A DNA stretch of 64,000 bases from Cyanophora paradoxa CCMP329. Lineage: Eukaryota > Plantae > Glaucophyta. Each line of letters opens with the position of its first letter. Position 1 is the stretch's first letter. The DNA lies in the NCBI GenBank assembly GCA_004431415.1, contig QPMI01000519.1, forward strand, positions 269,064 through 333,063, read 5' to 3'. A program made the translations under genes and the position numbers. Positions 48,001-56,719 of the stretch are shown here, piece after piece. The notes beneath the pieces are model-generated. The model saw nothing but the letters and a program-made list of their open reading frames with translations. It did no database searches and had not been told where the DNA came from.

Positions 48001-49575
48001 GCGCCTTCGACGACGAGAAGGCCGAGTCCAAGGCCAAGGCCTGGGACGCCTTCGTCGTGCGCCCCCGCCCGGCCCCTGCCCCTTTAATCTCCCGGGCCCC
48101 GGCGACCATCAAGCTTGCGGCGCGTCGCGCAGTCGTACTCGCACAAGGACGCGGAGCGCGTCTTCGCGTACGTCGACAGCCTCTCCAAGAAGGGCCTCAA
48201 GATCTGGTGCCTACGCGCGCGCGGCCCGTTTGCGAGGCCTGGGCCCCGGCCCCGGCCCCTGCGCAGCCGGAGCCGACGAGCGCCGCGCGCGCCCCGCAGG
48301 ATCGACCGGGAGCTGGCGACCAAGACGGGCACGCGGTGGATGGAGCAGATCGGGGTGCGCGCGCGAGCGCGCGGCCGCCGGGGCCGGGGCCGGGCTGTGC
48401 CGCGCAGCTCCCCCGGGCCCGGCCCGCCCTCGCGCTCACTCTGGCACGGCGGCGCGCAGCGGGCGATGGAGCGGAGCGAGGTCTTCATCTGCTTCATGAG
48501 CCGCGTGCGCCCCCGCCGCCCTCCCCGCAGCGCTAGCCTCGCCCCCGCCGCCTCGCCCCCGACGACCCGCGCGCGCGCGCGTAGAACTACTTCGCCTCGC
48601 GCAACTGCGACGACGAGCTCCAGGTCCCCTCCCCGCCCCTCCCCTCCCCGCCCCTCCCCGGGCCCCGCCCCGTTGATCGGATATGCGGACGCCCGCGGGG
48701 GCCCCGCGTGCAGTACGCGCACCACATCCTGCGCATCCCCAAGTTCCCCGTCTTCATCGAGGACCCGGCCAAAGTCGACCTCCGCACCGACCACAAGGTG
48801 ACCGGCGGCCCCGGGCCCGAGCCCCGCCGCGGCCTCGCCCCGCTCGCCTTCGATCGGGCGCTGACCGCGGCGCCCCCCGCAGATGATGCTCACGGTGCTG
48901 CTCGCATGCATATGGGCCTCAGATGAGCGCGGCGCTCCGCTCCTGACGGCGCGCGTGCCGCGCCCGCGCAGAGCGTGAACTGGACGGTGCAGGCGAAGGG
49001 GACCCGCGCCGCCATCGCCGACGCATGCGAGAAGCTCGTGCGCTCGCGAGCGCGCGCCCGGCCGGAGGATGGGGGTCCCGAGCTGCCCTGTCCTGTAATT
49101 AGATCTGACCGTCGCGATCGCGATCGCGGCGGGACCCCGCCCTGCCCCCAGGTCGTCGCCATCGCGGAGCAGATCAAGGCGAACAAGGCGGAGCGCGGCT
49201 CGGCCGACCCGGTGCCCCCCCGCCCCGACGCCCCCGCCCCCGCCCCCGATCGCCTCCGGATCCGCGCGAGGTCGGCAGCTCACGCGCGCGGCGCGCCGCC
49301 GTGGGCAGGCCAACGAGGTGGGGCCCTTCGCGGGCGAGGCGCACGGGGCCGTGGCGCTCGCGGCCGGCAAGGGCGACGCCGACGAGGAGGCGGAGGGGGC
49401 GCTGCCGGCCCCGCGGGCCCCCGGCCCGGCCTCGGCGGACCGGCCGCGGAACGCACAGCAGGGCTGGTCGGAGCGGATCGAGCAGGACGAGGAGGCGGTG
49501 CCCCGCCGGCAGGCGAGCCTCCTCCACGGCGAGACGCACGTCGAGGAGCTCGACAGCCACGACGCCAGGGCGTAG
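45079..49575 (+). CDS. Single-pass receptor: signal peptide, LamG/pentraxin (ConA-like) domain, Pro/Thr/Ser stalk, SEA-like segment, TM, cytoplasmic TIR domain
   Basis: Signal MLLACLLASAAAA (ATG 45184; alternative ATG 45079); LamG SLTVEAWIY...TWVHVAA...EFRVWKSVRTTAQIQ...NLLYYFTFDE; stalk 46470-46790; TM AVIAAAAGGGGGGAILLLGGLLAFYFAYW-RRRGRR (47718-47825); TIR WDAFV|SYSHKD...KGLKIW|IDRE...GTRWMEQI...AMERSEVFICFMS...YFASRNCDDELQ|YA...PKFPVFIE. Confidence 0.85.
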
Positions 49576-50396
49576 CGGCCCGGTCCGTCTCCCCGCGTCC
49601 CACGGTTGGCGCTAGCCCCGTTGCGACATGCACTCTCTTCCTCTAGATCGTTACTGTATGCGTAGCCTAGTAGCTCTAGTTTATATAATTAGTAGCTAAC
49701 CGTTGAACTTCAACTTCGCTGTAGTTCAAGCCTTGTAGCCCCACTGTACATGTAGTTCAAGCATGCTTTTCTGCAATTGTTAGTTTGCATTTCAAGATTG
49801 TGCCTCAAGATTGTGTTTTAAGATTGCATTCATGTATTCTTGAAAAGAAAGAATTCGAACTACCCGGCTCCATTGAGAGCCAGCCTGTTCATGCCGCCCC
49901 GACCGTCCGGTACGGTCGGACCCCAGGATCAGCTGCAGATTCTAGATCTTGCATATGCATTGCAACATCGATTCAATGATTGCCAAACTGCCATCGATAT
50001 CGCCGAGTCGATCATGAACTTGATCATGGTACGGTCCGAATTCGAATGTGCACGGGTTCGGCCCCGGCGCCCGCGGCCGCGGGCCCTGCCGCAGTGCGGG
50101 GCCGGGCCGATCCATGGCCAGTCAGCGCCGGGGGCGCCGCGCCGCTGCCAGGCTGATCATGCCATGATGAGCGTGCACTGATGCTGATGCATATGTGGCT
50201 TTGTAGTATGAGCTCGAGAGATTGCTTTTGCACAACATGTACAAAGCTGGACTTGGCGCACACGTATACACGAGTACTTGGTGCACGTGGTGACTCAAAG
50301 AGAGATGCATAGGGCACCGCAGTGGGGGCGGTCGCGGGGCGCGCGGGGAAAGGCGGAGTAAAAGAGCGGGGGTGGCGGCGGGGGCCGGGCCGGGGC

Positions 50397-52885
50397 TCAG
50401 GCGGGCCCGGGGCGGGGCGGGGAGGACTGCTGGAGGGCCATGCGGAGGGTGCGGGGCCCGTCGGCCCCCGCCACCTCCACCTCCACCTGCGCCCCGCCCC
50501 GCCCGTCGACTCCCCCCCGAGCCCCAGCGGCGCGGCGCGCGGGGCGGCGGGGGGCGCGCCTTGTCCCCCACCGAGTGCTTCTCGAGGACCTTGTAGAGCT
50601 CGTTCGCCTGCGCTCAGATCAGACCAGATCAGATCGGATCGGATCGGATCAGCTCAGATCGAGCGGGGTCGGGTCAGGCGGGCGGGACGCACAGTGGCGA
50701 CCTTGACGCCGTCGACGCGCACGACGACGTCGCCCAGCGCCACGCCCCCGCCACCCTCCTCGCCCCGCCCGCCCCTCGCCCCCGCCCCGCCACCCGAGGG
50801 CGGGGCGCGCGCACCGGCGGGTGCCGCGCATGCCGGCCCGCTCGGCCTCGCTGCCGCGCGGCACGTCGATGACGAGGATGCCTGCGTGCGGCGCCTCGCT
50901 CGGCTGCGGGCACGCGGGGGCGCGGGTGCGTGGTCGTGCTGACCGTCGATGCCGAGGGCGCGGGCCTGGCGGTCCTCGGCGACGTACACCCCCAGCGTCG
51001 GCCGGATCACCCGCCCGTACTTCACCTGAGGGGGGCGGGGGGTGAGCGCGGGGCGGGCGGGGCGGCGGGGCGGGGCGCGGGGCACGCGCGATGGAGGAGA
51101 CGACGTCGGCGACGGTGTCGACGGGGATGGCGAACCCGACCCCCGCCGACGCCCCCGACGCTGCGAGCCCCGCCCAGGAGGCCTCGCCCCCGCAGCGCCG
51201 GAGGGCGGGGCGGGGATAAAGGTGCGCGCGCACGGGAGTAGATGGCGGTGTTGATGCCGATGAGGCGGCCCTGGCTGTCCAGCAGCACGCCCCCCGAGTT
51301 CCCCGGGTTGATCGCCGCGTCTGCCCCCGCCGCCCCCCGGCCCACTTGAGCTCGAGGCCCAAGGCGGCGCGGGGCGCAGGGGGGGAGCGCATGAGGAGGC
51401 GCACCCGTCTGGATGACGCCCTGGATGGGGCGCCCCCCCACGGAGACGATCTCCCGCCCCAGCCCGCTGATCACCCCCATCTGGCCCCAGAGCGTCGGGC
51501 GCGGCGGGGCGAGACGGGGCGGGGCCGGGGGGATGAGAAAGGGGGCCCCGCACGGTGAGGGTGTGGTCGAGGCCGAAGGGGTTGCCGATGGCGTAGACGC
51601 GCTGCCCGACGAGCAGGTTGTCCGAGCGCCCCACCGGCACCGCCTTCAGCGCCCTCTCCGGCGCCTCGATCGAGAGCACCGCCACGTCCTGCCCCCACCC
51701 CTCAGCCCCGGCCCCGCGGCCCGGGGGTACACGGCCTGCGGGGAGGGGGGGTACGCGGGCCTTGTCCTGGTCGAAGCCGACGAGCTGCGCGTCGTACGTG
51801 TTCTGGTCCGACAGCGTCACCTTCGCCTCGTCCGCCCCCTGCCCCCGCCCCCCTCAGAGGGGTACCGCGCCGGCGGCCCCCGCGCCGGGGGTACCTTGAT
51901 GACGTGGAAGCTGACGGCGCGGGGGGCGAGGCTTCAGTCGGGGAGGGCGACGCCGGCGGGGGAGGGCGCAGCGCACTTGGTGACGATGAACTTGCGGCCG
52001 CCCTCCTCGTAGACGAAGCCCGAGCCCGTGCCCTGCGGGCGCGGGGGCCTCGGCGGGGGTACGGAGAAGAACTCACGGGGGGGTACGGGGGTGCGGGAGC
52101 GGGGGACCTGGGGGATCTCGAGGACGTTGAGGGAGAAGGCGTCGCGCTGGACGGAGAGCGAGGCGATGAACACGACGCTCTCCGAGGACCGCCGGAAGAG
52201 CTCCACCGTCGCCCGCTGCCCCCGCCCCCCGCGTCGACCTCGCCCGCCGGCGCGGCGCGCGGGGGTGCGGGCGGGAGCGGGGGGCACCTCCTCGGCGTCG
52301 AGGTCCTTGCGGGAGGCGGCGGGGTCGGCCTGCGGGACGAAGCCGACGAGCATGGGCCGCTCCGGGAGCTCCACCTCGGGCCACTCGCCGGCCGCCTCCC
52401 GCATCGCCGCCTCCGCCTCGTGCTGCCGCGAGTCCGCCACCGCCGCCGGCAGCCACGGCTCCGCCGGCTCGGCCGCCAGCGGCGCCGCGTCTAGAACCGT
52501 GCAGGACGCGCCCAGCGCCGCCGCCGCCAGCGCCGCCAGCACTGCGCGACCCCTCCGCTTCTCCTTGTCCGCTCCATCCTTCGCCGATGAGGGCCTCCGC
52601 TCGCCGGCGCCGCGAGCTTCGTGCGATGATCTGGCCACGGAACCGGCGATCTGGTCAGGTCGATCGGGCAGCGATCGGGGCGTATGGTACATCGGCGCAC
52701 TCGCAGAAGAAGCCCACTCGCCGCTGGAGCGGTTCCGCCGCTCGGCGCCTGCACCCGCGCAGACCGAAATTCCTGGAGTCTTCGACCGGCGCGCCGGGGG
52801 TCGCCGGTGCAAGTAATGAGCAAGCCCTGTGCTCGGGCCGCCGGAGAGAGGTCGCTGGGGCGGCAGGAACCGCGCTGACGAACAT
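50397..52885 (-). CDS. DegP/HtrA serine protease, Deg1-like, with bipartite plastid/thylakoid presequence and PDZ domain
   Basis: [16 protein letters not shown]...[12 protein letters not shown]|GTGSGFV...IVTN|FHVI (His), VGFDQDK|DVAVL (Asp), [31 protein letters not shown]...PIQGVIQT|[11 protein letters not shown] (Ser), [27 protein letters not shown]...LGDVV; TGA at 50397-50399. Confidence 0.93.
50616..50660 (+). repeat. Intronic (RGATC)n pentanucleotide repeat
   Basis: agatcagaccagatcagatcggatcggatcggatcagctcagatc inside a Deg intron. Confidence 0.8.
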
Positions 52886-52932
52886 TGGCCTCTTTTTTTG
52901 TGAGCCGGGGTACGGGCGTCAGACTGCGAAAG

Positions 52933-53220
52933 ATGGTGGCGGAGCAGGCGGGCAAGATCGGCCGGAAGGCCATTCCTATCATGTACGCCGACTCGATGAC
53001 GGGCAAGCTCCCGCAAGTCATCGCGGCGGCAATGGCCTTCGTCGTCGCCCTCAACTTCGGCTTCAACTACGCAAAGAAAGGAACCGTGCGCTCCGTGTGC
53101 GCTTGCTTCACGCGTCCGCAGCGCTGACGCCGCCGCCCCGGCGACGCACAGATCTTCGACACGAGGCCCCTGAACTACATCGACGAGAACGAGAGGGCGG
53201 CGAAGGCGGCGAGCAAGTAG
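52933..53220 (+). CDS. 73-aa single-TM microprotein, two exons (52933-53085, 53152-53220)
   Basis: MVAEQAGKIGRKAIPIMYADSMTGKLPQVIAAAMAFVVALNFGFNYAKKGT|IFDTRPLNYIDENERAAKAASK*; typical gtgcgc...gctgac...cag intron and strong GC3 codon bias. Confidence 0.75.
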
Positions 53221-54659
53221 GCGGCAGGGCCGGCGGCCGGCCCTCGAGGCGGTGCCGGCGGCGCACGCCTCTGGCCGCGCGTTGCGTACTTTGCCCATCG
53301 GCCGGCGGCGCGCGCCCCCGCGCGAATGCTCAGTGTACAGTGATGTTTTTGCAATGCAGCAGCAACGTGTGGAGCAGCAGCTCGGCCCCCGCCGGGCCCC
53401 CGCGGTGACGCCATCCCGCGCGTCCAGCGCGGCCGCGCTTCGGGACGCAGCTGCAGCTTCGGGCCTTTCTGCGGCAGCTTCTGGTCGCAAATTTCTTTCT
53501 CCGAGCGAGGGCGCGCCGCGCGCCCTTGGCTTTGCATCCGCGGGGCGCGCGTCGACGTGCGGGATGGCCCCCTGGCTCTCCTCTTCAAGGTTCAACACGC
53601 GCAGCGCACCCTATCTCCTACCTAACACTGCATGCGAGGCGGCCATTCCAGAACGTGTGACGCTGCAGGGAGGTCATCGAGTGTCGCAGGCGCGGGTTGG
53701 GACGGGCCGGCCGCGGGCATGCCGATCTAGATCTGCTGGGCTCGTGCAGGCCGTCTGTTGCAGCGGACCCCCCGGCCCAGAGGTCGCTCGCGGGGACTCA
53801 GTGAGTCACGCATCCGCCGAGGCGAACGGACGTGCTCAGCGGCTGGGGAGCCGCGGATGGCCTGGGGAGCCGCGGCTGGCTGGAGTCATCGGCCGCGCGG
53901 GACAGCCGCAGCCGGGTGGAGCCTCGAGCCGAAGGACTGCGGGCTGCGGGCCGCGCCGCTGAAATGGCCGCCGCAGATCTAGATGACATCAAATGAGAGC
54001 GGTCCGATGTAGCAAGAACATCGAACGGCGTGTCTGTTGGGGTAATTATAAGCCTTGAAGGCATGTGCATGCGCACCAGGCTGCGCTGAAAGTCAAGCAC
54101 CTAACTGTGTCTGTGTCCTGCGCGCATCCCGAACAGTGAGCATCCACGCGGACGAGTGCATGTGCGCCGCGACCGCGGCCGCATGGGCACGCGTACGAGC
54201 AGCTGCGAGAACGGCGATCCCAATGCTCGCAACGAGGTTACAAGCCTACGAGCCGCATGTGCGTCATCGAATGAGACTCTGAGAGCGCCTGCGCACTCGC
54301 CGACGTTGATCGCGGTGCCGCGTACGTCCGCATGCGCACGCACAGCCGCGACCTGAGCGAGGGAGCGCCAGTGAGCTGTGGAAATGGAGGCTGTGCCTTG
54401 AATTAGCTAGCCAAACGCGGACCGCCGTTCCCAAATTCAGCTTAAGGCGTCAGTTACGCTTGAGCCTCGGAGCTCTTCGTCGGTTGCGCTGGAGCTCTTG
54501 ACAGTCTTCTAGCTGGCCCCGGAATAGTCGAACGCACAAGATTCGGTCTGATTCCGCATTGCATTCGCAATGTGAGTGCCGACGGGTACGCGCAGTAACA
54601 AGTAGGGCAGCGTTGATCAGTCGGGACTCGGGACGGACGGGCGCGTTGCCGAACCGAAG

Positions 54660-56041
54660 ATGAAGCCGAGCGCGGAGGCCTTGGCCGGCCTGCTAAGGGA
54701 CCTGCGGGAGATGGTCCCGGCGCGCGAGGTTCTCGAGAAGCTCGCGTCGGCCCCGTTCACTAGCGAAGAGGGCCAGGCGGCGGTGCTCGCAATGGTGAGC
54801 GCGACTCGTTTCGACACCTTCGCGCGCCCGGCGAGCCCCGCCTCACGCGTCGGCCGCCCAGCTCCAGGAGGACCCGATTATCTCCCGCTACCCGCCGAGC
54901 CGGCGATACGTGCAGAGCCTGCTGAAGTCGTACATGGATACTGTCGCCGCGGCCGGCGAGGAGTGCTCCGAGGCGCTGCTGGAAATCGCTATCGGCTCGG
55001 CGGGCCCCAACACGAAGGAGCGCATCTGCTACAAGAGCTACGATTCGGGCGTCGGGCGCCCGCCTATCACGCTGCGCCTCAGCGAGGACCTGAGCAACGT
55101 CGGTGCGCCCCACCGCGCCCCGGCCCCCGCGGGCCCGGTCGGTCCGGCGCGGCACGCGCCGACGCGTGCGGGCGGGGGGCGGGCGGGGCAGGGATGACCT
55201 CCTGGGAGGCCGGCTTCCTGCTGGCGGAGGTGATCATGCACAGGCCCGAGCTCACCCGCGGCCTCTCCGTCCTCGAGGCCCGCCCCCGCCCCGTCCGCCG
55301 GCCGGGCGGCCGCTCGGCGAGGGGCGCCCGCAGGTGGGCTCCGGCATCGGGCTGACGGGCGTGGCGGCGGCGCGCTGCGCGGAGGCGCGGGAGCTCTGGC
55401 TCACGGACTTCAGCGACGAGATCCTCCAGAACCTCGAGGGGAACCTCCGCATCAGTGCGCCCCGCCCGCCCCCGGCGCCCCGCGCCCCGCCCGCCCCGGC
55501 GCCCCGCGCCCCGCCCGCCCGCGCCCGCGGCCCCGCGCCCGCCGACCCGCCGTCTCGCCGCAGACGACGTGCCCTTTGTCAGGGGAGCCGGGGCGGACCC
55601 AGGGGGGGTACACACGGGGATCCTGGACCTCGAGAGCCCCGAGTCGATCGCCGCCATGCCCCCCTGCGACGTCCTCCTCGCCGCCGACATGGTGCGGCGT
55701 ACCCCCTGCAGGGCGCGGGCGGCGCACGCCCTCCGACCGGGGCGCGCGGCGCGCAGGTGTACGACCCGCGGCTGACAGCGGGGCTGGTGGCGGCGATAGC
55801 GCGGCACTGCCGGGGGCGCGCGGGGGCCTTCGCGCTGGTGGCGTCGGCGGTGCGCAAGCCGAGCACCTTCGGGGGCTTCCTGGAGGGCCTGCGGGCGGCC
55901 GGGATGGCGACGGAGCCGGTCAACGTGGAGGCCGTCCGCCGCGTCTTCCGCTACCGGGTCGTCCAGGGGGCCACCCTCTCCCTCCTCCGCGTCTCCTGGG
56001 CCGCCCCGGAGCCCGACGACGACGGCCCCGCCGACGGCTAG
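54660..56041 (+). CDS. EEF2KMT: Protein-lysine N-methyltransferase, EEF2KMT/FAM86A (Efm3)-like
   Basis: FAM86-type N-domain RYPPSRRYVQSLLKSY...EALLE; GMTSWEAGFLLAE, SVLE|VGSGIGLTG, LWLTD, DVLLAADM|VYDP; TAG at 56039-56041. Confidence 0.8.
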
Positions 56042-56578
56042 CGGGTGCGGCGCCGGGCCGGGACGGGCCCCAGGGGTGCGCGCAGCTCCCCTCCGGCCTC
56101 GAGCTCGTCCCCTCCTATCCATGCGTATGGCCAGTGTGTTCATGCATGTGATCAGCCAACTTCTGTGTCTAGGCTATCGTGTAACTGAGTAAGTTGAGCT
56201 GCAGAGCGCAAGAGCGAGACACGTTAACGTTGCATGCGCATGTGCGCTGGGGAGGTTAACGTTCATGATCAACGGTTGGGCCGCGGCCGGGCCTCGTGGT
56301 CCGGGAAGGAATTCGAAGTGCCGCGGTGCGCTGGGGAGGTTCAAGTTCCGTTCAACGGTTGCAATTGGGCCGGGCCTGGTGGGTATGGGCAGGCCGGCCA
56401 GCTCGAGGCGCCGGCCTAGGTATGCCATGATCATGATGGGCACAGATCTAGAGGCAGTCCAGGCGCCGGCCGGAAGCTAAAATAAAGCGTCGACGTCGAT
56501 ATTCAAATTCATGATCGATGATCACGTTCGATGTCGATCGCAGCTGCGCATGCGCATGCCGCAGTGCGCTGGATCAAA

Positions 56579-56601
56579 TTGGCGCGAAAAAAAAGTTTGA
56601 A
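56579..56601 (+). promoter_or_regulatory. E2F-type site (TTTTCGCGCCAA on minus strand) followed by CHR-like TTTGAA
   Basis: ttggcgcgaaaa at 56579-56590 and tttgaa at 56596-56601, about 120 bp upstream of the ATG at 56720. Confidence 0.45.
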
Positions 56602-56719
56602 CTGGTACGCCGGCCGCCGTCGGCCCGCCGAGCCCCAAGCGCCTCCCAGACTGTCCCAGCGCGTTCTACGCCGCTTGAAGCTTGCAGCCGAGCGAAACGC
56701 ATCCCAGGCACCGCCAGCG

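Noticed and set aside
53250-54600. Possible gene or structured RNA between the microprotein and EEF2KMT
   Set aside because: No convincing exon chain and no tRNA, snRNA or rRNA signature recognised.
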